Below, in pieces: positions 13,261 through 25,141 of a stretch of 64,000 bases of DNA. Within the stretch, counting starts at the first letter, position 1. Each line of letters begins with the position of its first letter. Source of the DNA: Callorhinchus milii (Eukaryota); assembly GCF_018977255.1 (NCBI RefSeq), contig NW_024704743.1, forward strand, positions 83,082,001 through 83,146,000, given 5' to 3'. A model generated the notes under the pieces. The model was not told the DNA's origin. It worked only from the letters and a program-made list of their open reading frames with translations, and did not search any database. A program made the position numbers and the translations under genes.

Positions 13261-13399
13261 ATAACTGTGGTGTGAGCAAATCACACTGGACTCCAGCGTG
13301 CCATTCAAAGCTCTCGGCCATTGGATGGCCTGGAAATCTTTAGACTTGGTGTGACTAAAAAGCCAGTGGCAGGTTGTTTGTGTCTTTAATAATAGAAGA

Positions 13400-13550
13400 A
13401 GGACCGACTTCTTCCACCTCCACCACATTGCCCACCTCCGACCGTATCTTACCCCAAACGTAGCCGAAACCCTCATACATGCGTAGGTCACCTCCCGCCT
13501 GGATTACTCAAACGCACTCCTCGCCGGTCTCCCCAACTCCACTATTCAAT
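13400..13550 (+). mobile_element. L2 internal fragment
   Basis: Near-identical to 14138-14286 (FFHLHHIAHLRPYLTPNVAETL...TSRLDYSN). Confidence 0.85.
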
Positions 13551-13784
13551 AATAGAAATAATATTAACAATAATAATGATACAAAAGGTGCACATGCACA
13601 GAATGGAATATTCATATATTTGAGGTTTTCTGGCCACAATTTAATGTTGCTGCAAAGCAACCAGTATAAATCAGGCCTCGCACTTTATATCACTGCACTC
13701 CCGGCAGATTAAGCACAGCATCAGTAGCCAATGATTAATGTTAAAAATCAACTGCAGTTAATAAAGCTCAAAAGGTTTTGCTAA

Positions 13785-13892
13785 TAGGCTTAGTTGAGGA
13801 AGGGCAGGAGGAAGCTCATGTGGAGCATAAAGCCTGGCATAAACCAGTTGGGCTGAATGGCCTGTTTCTGTGCTGTATATTCTATGTAATCT
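13785..13892 (+). mobile_element. CR1-type 3' tail; further copies at ~18890-19045 and ~41940-42095
   Basis: ggaggaagctcatgtggagcataaa...gggctgaatggcctgtttctgtgctgtatattctatg. Confidence 0.75.
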
Positions 13893-14009
13893 TTATAAAA
13901 GATGAGTATGGTTCCACTTCCCCAACAAACGTGTTTTTCAAGGATGTTCTTTCCTGCAAACTTCCTGTAGCTGAAGATGGAAGTCATACTTCTTGACTCC
14001 AGTCAAGTC

Positions 14010-14793
14010 TTCACTCCTGCGGATCTGAACTCCTCAACCTCCCTGGGCTCTCCCTCACACTTACTGAACCAGTGTACAATCTAGGCATCCAGTTCGACCC
14101 CCAGCTGTCCTTCCTCCCCCATATCTGGTCCCTGACCAGGACCGCCTTCTTCCACCTCCACCACATTGCCCACCTCCGACCGTACCTTACCCCAAATGTA
14201 GCCGAAACCCTCGTACATGCGTTTGTCACCTCCCGCCTGGATTACTCAAACTCACTCCTCGCCGGTCTCCGCAGTTCCACTATTCAAAAAATCTTGCTCA
14301 TTCAGTACTCTGCTGCCCACATACTGACCCGGACCAAACTCCGTACCCACATCTCACCAGGCTCCACTGGTTCCCCATCACTGAACGGATCGACTTCAAG
14401 ATCCTCACAATCGTGTTCAAATCCCTTCACTCCCTGGCACCTCCTTACCTCTCCAACCTTCTCACTCCCCAATCCACCACCCGGTACCTTCCCTCAACTG
14501 TGCAACTAGCACCAGCCTCCTGCTCATCCCTCGCACCCTCCGCCCCACCATCAGAGATTGCACTTTCAGCCACTACACTCCAAAACTCTGGAACACTCTC
14601 CCTCAATCCTTCCGCCTTGCCTCCTCTCTCCCCTTTTTCAAATCCTGCCTGAAAACCTTCCTCTTTGACACGACTTATGGCCACCTCCCCTCGCACTCTC
14701 CTGGTTCGGAGTCAGGCTCCGCCACTGTTAAGCGCTCTGAGACACTACCCTGCTTGGAGGGCGCTATATATGTGCAAGCTGTTGTTGTTGTTA
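14010..14793 (+). mobile_element. L2 LINE 3' ~780 bp
   Basis: NLGIQFDPQLSFLPHI...AETLVHAFVTSRLDYSNSLLAGL; L2 tail with (gtt)n. Confidence 0.92.
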
Positions 14794-16586
14794 TGGTCCT
14801 AGGTCAGCCAGTTATCTTAGTCTTTCTTTAACTTCGACGGTTTGTATCAGCTGTCTCATTGAAAAGTGCTTGTTGGATTAATCCATTGCCTATATTACTT
14901 TGATTTGGAAACACTTGTTTATTGTTGTCGTTCTCTGCTTGAGTGTGACCTCAGATGTATTGTTCACTGTCTATTGTACATTTGCATGCAATTGTATTGA
15001 AACACTCAGATAGATTTTTGGGAGGTGAAAAATGTTGTAATGGCCCTTTGTCTATAGATAAGCAAAAGCAATAGAGGTACTTAATTTAACAGATGTAAGT
15101 CTTGGGAATTATATAAAACAACACACAAAAACAGATCCTTTCAAAGGTAGTCCAAAAAATAGTCTCACCAGACTCATACTCTGGTAAGACTATATTTTCT
15201 GCTAAATTGTACATTACATTTTTTTTTAAATCTCAGCTCTTTCATATTCCTGCACCACAGCAAATATTATTTCAGATCCGCTTTCTGTTTGTGATTTGTT
15301 TTTGTAGTGATCTGCACAGTAATATGAGCTCACCTGCTGTGAGGTCGCAGAATATCCATTTTATGAACATTCTTGCTCAATGTTGCAGCAGGGGTCTTCT
15401 AATAAGGTACAAAAGTCTGACATTATTCATACTCCACCCATAACACATGGTTAAAGCTTTGTGACAACGTTGCATTTTCAATGCTAAATGTCACCGGGAT
15501 ATTACAATTATTTAAGAGACATTGCGTCCAATTTAATATGTTGAACCAGGGATTTAATATGCTGAAATTATTTTTTTCAGCCGCTGTTAAGAACAGAAAT
15601 GAATGGTGTGCTTAAGACTACATCAGTTAAAATTATAGAGGTTTATTTTTTATTTTTTTCTTGCCCCAGCACTAATGTGGACTAAATGGAGGATTTTAAG
15701 CTTGTCCAAATTGATGAGTTTCCATTCTCCGTACAAAGGTTTGCTAGGTGCAGCCATGGTGGTGTTTTCCTCCATTAAGTACAAAAGTGCGGAGTTACTG
15801 TTTGCATCCTTTTGCGCAAGGCTTCTTCATTTTCCTTACAGCAAATTTGTTTCTTTAAAGTCAGCCAGAAATACTCTTTTTTTAAACAAAATTGCAATAG
15901 AACAACTCCTCAACTTACAAAAAAATCCAGGGTGATTTTTTTAATAAATTCCATTTAACTAGTGCCTTGAAACGTCTTCCCAACATGAAAGGTGCTACAT
16001 AAATCTAATTTGTTGTTTGTTCTTGTAACCAGAAAAACAGCTATAAGAAACGGCAAGCTTCCACACAGGCAATGGGTTATGGGTACACTTTTAAGTGTCC
16101 CTTCCCCTGTGCCACAAGCTGTTGCCTCGCTGAGACAAGAGGTGGGTAACTCATTCTCAGGGCTTTTCCAATGTCGTTTTGTAAAGAGTTACTAAGGTGT
16201 CTGTGAGGGTCGTTGGTCATTCCTCCCTTACCTTTGGGAACCCTGCCCAGTTTCTGTCATCAGTAGCTCTCCTATTGGGCTGAACCTGCTGTGTGGGGAA
16301 TTGCCAGTGTGAACCTGCATCCGATACTCTGTGGTACACCGCATAACTAAAGCAAACAGCCTTCCTCCCAGAACACCTACATTATCTTAAAACAACAGCA
16401 AATGCTTTTGGGGAGAAATTTAAGGGTTTTTTTTCACCAAAGACTGGCCAAATTTTGCTAGTTTCATAACATTGCCAAATTGTGCCTAATATTTTCATTT
16501 TGTGTCATCACAAACAATTTGAGGAGGCATCCTTTAGAGCCCTGTATTATTGTGTTTAAGGGCTGGGTCATGAAACAGATGGGTGC

Positions 16587-16836
16587 AGTTCCACCTGGCT
16601 CTAGATTTACTCTATTGCTGTAGCATTTCACAAAGTGCAGAATTGGCAAATTGTTGAATCCAGTCTCACCTTTAAAGCTGGATACCTGTAGTTTTGTAAA
16701 AGAACTTGCAGGAAAACAGCTTCAAAATGAAAGAGTTTGAGAATTTGAGTTTAAGAATCACAATTTAAGAACCTGCCAATTTCTGGCAACTCTGAAATGT
16801 TACATTAAGAGGGTAAATATAGACCCAGGTAGAATT
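16587..16836. mobile_element. Palindromic MITE-like element (diverged family P1)
   Basis: Left end agttccacctggctctagatttactct versus the reverse complement of the right end, aattctacctgggtctatatttaccct. Confidence 0.6.
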
Positions 16837-16912
16837 TAACTCTCTATCTCTTTCCTACAACTCGCCACATTGTAAGTCAGTGGTGGTGAAGGGAGTATGT
16901 ACATGTGTGTGC

Positions 16913-16939
16913 GGGGGGAGGGGGGGGGGGGGGGGGTGG
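16913..16939 (+). repeat. Poly-G tract
   Basis: ggggggaggggggggggggggggtgg seen directly. Confidence 0.9.
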
Positions 16940-17129
16940 AGTGATGTGGGGAAAAAAACACCTGCTGCCTTATTTCTTCACTGACAGTCCTGTTAACAAG
17001 GAGATGGTTCTGTTGCGTTGTTGAAGGCATCTGCGGCCATTGATGGTTAATTGTTTAGTACTAATTAAAAACTAAGGCAAATGTTGAAAAATGCTTTGCT
17101 AATATTTAACTTTGGTTGTTGACATGGTG

Positions 17130-17540
17130 GTCAGTGTATCATCAGTTTCTGAAGCAGCTTTATCCAGAGTTGAATCTTCCCCCCCAAAACACATCTGGCC
17201 TTTAATCTCATTGACATTTCTGTGCAATGCTGGGTGTGTGCTGCATTGTCAAAGGTGCTGCCCTTCGGATGAGACAATAAATTGTGTATCTGTTCAGGTG
17301 GAGATTAAAGATCCCATTGAACTATTCGAAAAGATCAGGGAATTTGTCCCAGTGTCCAAGCCAACAATTCCCCACATAAAAATTGGTCATGATTGTTTGT
17401 GGGGACATCGCTGTCTGCAAATTGGCTATCGCATTCACCTACAAATGCACCGTCACTACACCATACAGAAAACCTGATGAAGCATTTTGAGGCATTTTGA
17501 CATGATAAGGCATTATATCAAATGGAACAATTATTATTGT
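17130..17540 (+). mobile_element. SacSINE1/DeuSINE-like (family B); another copy at ~18090-18430
   Basis: aggtgctgcccttcggatgagac...ctgttcaggtggagattaaagatcccattgaactattcgaa...aaattggct. Confidence 0.78.
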
Positions 17541-18509
17541 TATAACTCCCTGAGGAAACCAGAGCACCTCAAGTGGTATTTCAAATTATTCATCAAGATT
17601 CCAAAATAGGTGGTGGGCTCAACGCAATTTTTCTTATTCCGGTGAAGTAATAATCAAGTTCTTTTCAGTAATCTCACAAGTGAAGAACCGCTCACTTGGG
17701 CAATGTGCCTGAGGGTTGCATGTGCCCATGAATCAGTGCAGAGGAAGAGAGTAAATTGGAAAGGGATGAGGGCAAACTTTTTTTTTACAAAAATATAAAT
17801 CCTGACCACAGGGCCAGCTGGAAACTTTTTAAACTTTCAATATAAAATTTATTTACTTGTTGAAGGTGGTCTTGCATGACTTTTGTTAAATTAGATCTGC
17901 GTGATTAAATGTAATACTGCAGAAAGTGCTTAAAATTCAGAGTTTAATGAACCATGCCCAGTGACAGACTCAAGCACTTGGATGTTCATGAAAAAAAGAG
18001 AGGATTCGTGGGGGGCCCCAGTGCCAAAAAGCATAAAACAAACATACAAAGACACAGCCCTGCCATCACATACTGATATCATCCAATATTGGCACGTCTA
18101 GGCTGATGTTTCATTGCAGTGCTGGTAGAAAGCTGCATTGTTGAGGTGATGTTTTTCAGATGAGAAGTTAAACAGAGGTCCCATCTGCCTGTTCAGGGGG
18201 ATATTAAATATGCCTTGGCACTATTCGAAAATAGTCAATAGTGAAAAGAGAAAGGAATTTCTCCCAGCATCCTGGCAAACAATCCCCACAGATACAAATT
18301 GATCATTCATTTCATGTCTGCTTGTGGGAATTACTGTGCACAAATTAGTGACTACATTCACCCACAAATACACTGCTACAACACTACCGTAAATATGTGA
18401 ACTGCTTTGAGACGTTCCAACAACTTTTCGGGGGGTCAGCCAAGTGTCAGACATAAGTGGAAACACATCACCGTGCTTAAGAGTATCTAAGCCACCAACA
18501 ACATCCAGC

Positions 18510-18885
18510 AAAATTATATTTGTAAAGCACCTTTCACGTTGGGAGGACATCCCAAGGTGCTGAACAGACGGGGATCAGAACACGAGTGGGGGGGGGCACT
18601 GTTGGGATGAGGGAGGGCAAAGACGTGCAGGGCTGCTGAAGGCACGGTCAAAAAGGAGGGTCTTGAGTCATGCCTTGAAGGAGGTAAGGGAGGGAGGAAG
18701 GCGAAGGGATTGTGGGATGGAGTTCCAGAGGATGGGGACAGAGAGGCTGAGAGCCCGGCCGCCGATGGTAGGGCGGGTAAAGCAGGAAACATGGAGCAAG
18801 CCAGAGCCTGCTGAACGAAGGGAATGGACAGATTGATAGGAGGTCAGCAGGTCAGAGAGGTAAGAGAAGGCAAGGCCGTGGAGGG
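18510..18885 (-). mobile_element. L2 LINE 3' fragment
   Basis: Reverse-complement L2 tail gcacctttcacgttgggaggacatcccaagg and a GGRAxS/LWNS region. Confidence 0.85.
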
Positions 18886-21269
18886 GTAGCTAGAAAGGTA
18901 CACAGGGGAGAAAGGAATAGAAGGTTACGCTTGAAGGCTTAGTTGAAGAAGGGCAGGAGGAGGCTCATGTGGAGCATAAACACAGGCATAGACCAGTTGG
19001 GCCGAATACCTGTTTCTGTGCTGTATATTCTATTGTATTCTAATACATCAAATGCAAGAATTATTATTATAAATCCATGATCTCTTTGGCCAGGTTTAAG
19101 ATTTTCTCAATCCTAGTGAGGAATCGAGATGTGGGTGGAAGGGGGTGGGAAGAATGTTACAAATTTATAGTTAACATAACATATTCTGTTATTGTGATAG
19201 TTATCACATCATATACTGTATTTCCCTCCTCCCCTCCCCCTGCCCTTCCACCACCATTATGCATAATTTTTTTTGTCAATTGATTTATAGAAGAAAATGT
19301 ATGTAGATGAAAAGGCTGGAAATATAAAGATATAATATATATATATATTTCTCTGAAAGCACTTAAACCCAGCCCATTAAATCAAGATATTGTTAAAAAT
19401 TGAATAAGTGCTAACAAATAAACTGGAACATTAACACTCCAATCCACAATCCAACACATCATGTAGCTGCATCATTTCTCAGCTGCACTGCTAAGTGCAA
19501 CAAATAGCAAACCATTTACATTGTCCTTATCGCATGGATGGCTGAAGATGTGGAGAAGTCTGTGGTTGACTCACTCCCTCTTCCCAGCTGGAGGAGGATG
19601 AATTTTAAAAATAGTGAAGATTACAGTGACATTTGTAATTTTATACTTTAGTTCTTTAGGTATTGCTGATATTTCGTAGGTCCTGACATTTAAATCTCCC
19701 ACCAGTCACAATATAAACAGTATCACCGACATTTGAAGTTCAGTGAAACTTGTTCCCATGTTGGAATGCATAAATCCTAGAATTGTGCCGTTTGTACTTG
19801 ATTTTTTGGCTGATTTCCTCTATTAACCTAATAATTATGAAGATTTAATCGCATTAAACTACGGTAAAGAAGATTTGAAAATATTAATGTCGGCAATAAT
19901 AAATTATGCAAATCGATCATTGGAATATTAAAGCAAAATTACAAATAAAGCACTCAAATTGTTCTTGTCCCATTTTAAATCCAATATTTGCAGTGGGTAA
20001 TGATGTAGTATCAGTGTTTTTTTACTTGCTCTAAAGACCATCGGAACTGGGTGCCTGTGGTGCTCATCAGCTGTGGTTCCTTCACACTTGTGGAAGAATG
20101 ATGATTATGTTATCTCACTAGTGCAATATCTTTCACCTCAGTGCAAGCCTAGTGGTAATATTAAACAGCTCAGAGATAGGCAGAGCACCCAGTGAAGGAT
20201 GTAGGTTTGCACCTGTAGCTCAACCACAGGAAGGTATACAATTGCAGTAGAGAGGATGTGGAAAGAAACAAAAGGAGCAACTCAGCCCAGACTGTTCTCA
20301 TCAAACTGCTAACAAAGTCTGGGAGATGGATGCCTGGACAACCTCTAGGACAGAAAATGATGCAAAATGTTCCGGGAGTAAGATTTTCTAGAAGAAGGAA
20401 GAGGGAAAGATCGATTCTCAAGCACTCTGGGAGTCTACCCTGTGTGAGGGGTGCTATATAAATGCAAGTTATTGTTGTTGTTGTTTCTAAACCTCACAAT
20501 AATAATAATAATCCTTGCAATTGATACAGCATCTTATCACGTCTTCGAGATGTCTCAAAGTACTTCACAGAATGTACTGTAAAATGAATTGACTGGAAGC
20601 AGAAAAATGGATAAATGTCCCTCAGCCTTTGGTTTGTCAGTTCTGCCAATGTGCTCCATCACTGAAGAATCTAGTTTAAGCTTCAATCTGAGCTTCTGTT
20701 ATTTTAATCACCGCACTGCCCCACATTCAGATTCTATTAGTTTTTGTTGAATCAAGCCGGCATTTTCTTGCTAGGTGCCAGTTGACTTCATATGTTGGCA
20801 GCTGTAGGCATGAAGTTGAACCTTATATTAGCTTGAGTTACTAATAATGTCCCCTGATTCCCTCACCAGGCTTCAATTACTGTCTGGACTCCTGGCAGAT
20901 CTGAAGAGAGTTCTATCTCTGTGGGGTGACCAATTCTGTACATGTTCAGCTCAATCACTAAGATGTTGAAAAAATTATAATTATTAATATTATAATAATA
21001 AAGCAATTCAACCATAGGGATATTTTTATTACTCTAATTCCCCCAAATCACTTAAATAAGTATAACAGCCACATTTTAAAATAAAAAATAATTATTTCAT
21101 CTATTTTCACTCTATCGACCTCTTATCTTTCTATTTTCTCCTCTTCCTATATCTCTGTCTCTACTGATTCTCAACTATTTTTCTATCTATTCTAAATTTT
21201 AATCCTAGTGCCTTTCTCCTACTTCCTGCCATTCATTGGAGCTACACCTGAATTACTCAAAGTGAGGTG

Positions 21270-21592
21270 AATGTGTATTTAATAAGAAAATGTGGCCGCC
21301 AATATGCACACAACAATGTCCCAGCAATAGTGATGAAAAAATGACAAATTTTATCATTGGGGTTGTCGTCCAGGACACCATGAGAAATTCCTTTCTCTTT
21401 CTGCATAGTGCCATGGGATCTTTAATGCCCACCTGAACAGACAGACAGGTTCTCAGTTTACATATAATCTGAAGGATGGCACCTCTGGCAATGCAGCACT
21501 ACTATCTGAACGCAAAGTCCCGATTTGGGTCTCGAACACACAATGTTTTTAACTTAGAGGTGAACATGCTACCAACTGAGCCAGGTTGACAT
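21270..21592 (-). mobile_element. SacSINE1/DeuSINE-like (family B), near full length
   Basis: atagtgccatgggatctttaatgcccacctgaacagacagacagg...accaactgagccaggttgaca. Confidence 0.8.
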
Positions 21593-21879
21593 GCTTTGTG
21601 AAGTGTCAACTTACAATTCTCTGGGTTTATGTTCCACTTTACTATTTGATTTTCTTTTGCAACTGCTGCTATGCAAAAAAAATCTTTACATTTGATAGAG
21701 GGCCTTTCACAAGAGGAGATGCTTCAAAGTGCTTCTTAGGATTCCACAGCATTTTGTAGACAAACTCGGGAGCCTATTTGTGCCTAACAATGTCCAACGT
21801 GTTCAAAATTTGGCAAACTACAAATGTAAATATTTTCTTAATTTTCTTCATTAATAAGCATTCTGGCCATTACAAGTAT

Positions 21880-22630
21880 CTAAGGCCATTATCTAATACT
21901 TGACAGTACTAATTGTCGGTCACAGCTTATTATTTCTACACTTGCTAACTCTCTCTGAATTGTATCCCTTTTGTATGCTTATTATGCCTTCTCATACAAC
22001 TTAACATCTGCAAACTCAAGCTTTAAATACCTTCCTTATAGATCATTTCCAGAGTTGTGAACAGCAGAGCTCCCAGTACCAGGACCCAGGACCAGGACCC
22101 TTATCTGTGCACAGCTGCCCAGTTAGAAATGTGGACTATTACTTTCCCCTTGTTTCTGATTATTTTACTAGTTTCAAATTCAATTTACAATTTTTTCTTC
22201 TTAGCTTGTACCTCAGCCACAGATCTCTTGTGAGACACTCTGAAAGTCTACATCCATTACATTCACTTCATTAACTTTATCCACAAAGAATTCTAATAAA
22301 TTTGTCCAGCATGACCTACCACTCATAAACCCATGCTGGTTTAGAATTATTGCCTGTACTTTTGTTAAATACTCTTGAATTGCTCCAATTGTTTTTTTCG
22401 ACTAAAGACGTCAAGCTAACAGGCTATAATTTCCAGGATCATGTTCCTGACCTTTTTTGTTTAAAAAAATTGGAACAACTATTTTTGAATCATCTGGTAC
22501 TACCCCCTGTGTTTAATGAGCTGTGAAAAAATTCAGCCACAGCTCCCCCTTCTTATACCCTCATTTCCTGAAGTTCTTGGATGTATTTCACTTGGTCCTG
22601 TTGCCTTATGATATTCAGGCACTACATATT
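21880..22630 (-). mobile_element. Old CR1 LINE RT fragment
   Basis: Reverse complements of NYSLLA..S (gctaacaggctataatttccagg), NQHGF..GRSCWTNL (tttgtccagcatgacctaccactcataaacccatgctggtt) and QGSVLG-like (cccagtaccaggaccc) motifs. Confidence 0.75.
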
Positions 22631-24483
22631 TTTTATGATCATTTCATTGACGATATGCATTTTAATAGCATCTGAATCATTTTAATGTTAGGGTATTCTT
22701 TATTAACTCAAGATGGTGACTCACATTGCTGGATGGCTGAGGTCAAAATATATGATGTCCTCTTCACTGTGCCATCACTGTGGAGGAAGTAAACTGACCT
22801 AGAACAGTGCTGTCTCCTTAACAACAGCAACCGTTACATTGGATATAGTGCCTTTCACTTCTGAAGGACATCTCAAAGTGTTCCACCAATAAGGAGTAGT
22901 GATTATTTTGTAAATTTTTTGGGAGGTAAACCCCATTGATCTTTGAAATAACTATTTTGACAAGTTTGAGAATGCACATTTTTACTTTTAAGTCATTGTC
23001 TTTTTTAAAAAACCAAAGAGACTGTTTTCTCAGAGGTTTCAATTTAAAAATGGTATGAATGGAGCCATAATAATTCTTGATGAACAGTATTTTCTGAACT
23101 AACTGGAAGGAAATTGAATCCTGAACTCGTGTTTTGATTTGTTTTTTGAGGCAGAAATCCTACACCAATCCTCACATTGTTAAACATTTGAGAAAATCTG
23201 AATGATTCCATCCCCCGCCCCCCATGAGTTGAAATGTTGGACTGTTTGTTCACCTCTTCTGTTGCAGATGCAGCACAGACAACAAATCCAGCGTGCCATT
23301 ATGGGTTCTGACCCACATGGTGATGAGGAAAATAAGCCATGATTTATTGCTGGCTCTCAGAGTCGATAATAACATAGAGAACTCTGTGTAAAGAAACAGA
23401 AATTGAGCACCGTAGACAAGGAAAAATGATAAGGGAGAATAACCTGTCAGTGGAGGATTTGTTAGGCTTTATTGTTCATATTTAGATAGAAGAACAATGC
23501 TGTGGTGTCAGACTCCAGAGTTCATAATCTGCTGATACTGACCGAATGTCATTTTGATCCATGAGCCGAAGGAAAAAATGGTGGTTTCTGGCGATTCCCA
23601 GAGCAATCCCTGAAGGGATGTCAGTGCACGGACAATGGGGACAACGAGCTCTGAAACATTGTAACAGCTTCATTTCATACTGTATCCAAAACAAAATCAC
23701 ATCACACCCGCCAAAACTCTTCACTTGCAGGACTACATCTTGAGTGCAGAATTATTCTCTGCATCTGTTAGCTTTCAAGTGTTATTTTATTTTAATGCTG
23801 AGGGATTAAACTGCAAAGTTAAGAGGAGGGAGGAATCATTCAGGAACAATGGTGGCTTTTTTTTCGCAAAGCTGATAAAATAATGATACAAGAGGACTAT
23901 ATGCCAAGCTGCCTTTGGGAAATAGCATAAGTGGCCTTAAGTAAGATAATCAGCAAGGAGTGTTAAAAAAAAACTTTGTCTTTTCACATTAGCACTAGTC
24001 CTTGGAGTGGCAGTGTATATAACAATCCTGCACAGCTTTTAATGAGGCTATAGCATGTTAGTGTACCACTCTAATTAATCCCATATTTTTGCACAGTGTA
24101 ATTACTGTGCTATAGCTGCCGGTTCACTTGGCTATGACGGAGAGGCAGATTTTGTGTTACCCTCTTCACTACCAATTTATTACATTGCTGGCAGGACATA
24201 GCTGAACCTCTTACTATAAAACTATCTGTCATCCATACATTATCAGTAAAATACACCACCTTCCATATTGTGTTACAAGAGCTTTCTCAAATTGCTATTG
24301 TTAAGGGACATGATAAAGGGAATGCTGTTATATGTTCACATTTTTTAATGGCTGGGAACATATTGCCTTGCAAACGGTGCATTATGTTTTCTTTGACAGA
24401 CTTTTCTCTCTTCTATACAAACACATCTGTGTAAAGTAACCAGGAATCTAGACAGTCCTTTGGGGACATCTTTGTCTATTTGG

Positions 24484-25141
24484 TGTGTCAGCCTAGCTCA
24501 GTGGTACTACTCTCTCTTCTGAATCAGAAGGTTGTGGGTTCAAGCCCCACGGCTGGACTTGGAAACACATAATCAAAGCTGACACTCCAATGCAGTGTCG
24601 GAGGGGGTTGGGGTGGGGGAAGGGGTAGCATTGTTGGAGGTGTCCTTTGGATAAGAATTTAAACTGAGGCCCTGTCTGCCCTGTTTGGATGGGTGTTATG
24701 CAGCTAGAGAGCCGAGAGTGGAATATGTGTCCAATCAGATAGACTCAGAGGATCAGCAGTCTGAACCTTTGTTTGCAAAATGGCCAATTTACTCTCGGGC
24801 TCAGCTTGTTGTGTTTTTGTGCAATGTACAGTCATCTCTTACAACTAGAGAGAGAGAGAGTCTTCTTCCAATTCCAAGGGCCCATTATTCCTCCCTCCCC
24901 TCACAAATACAGCATTCGTTCATCACCCAACTTAAACATCTGTATCTCAATACCAGCAAACAAACTCAATTTAGTCATTCAATCCACGACTGTTTGTGGG
25001 ACAATACTGTGTGCAATTGACTGCCGCGTTTTGCCCACAAATTACAGTCAATCCACTTAAAAGTGTATCCTGTAAACCGCTTTGAGATGCCTTGACGATG
25101 TGAAAAGGCGCTATATCAAATGCAAGGATTATTATTATTAT
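24484..25141 (+). mobile_element. Family B SINE head (24484-24690) and family A SINE 3' half (~24965-25141)
   Basis: gtcagcctagctcagtggtac...gaatcagaaggttgtgggttcaagcccc (A and B boxes); tail ggcgctatatcaaatgcaaggatta(tta)n. Confidence 0.8.
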
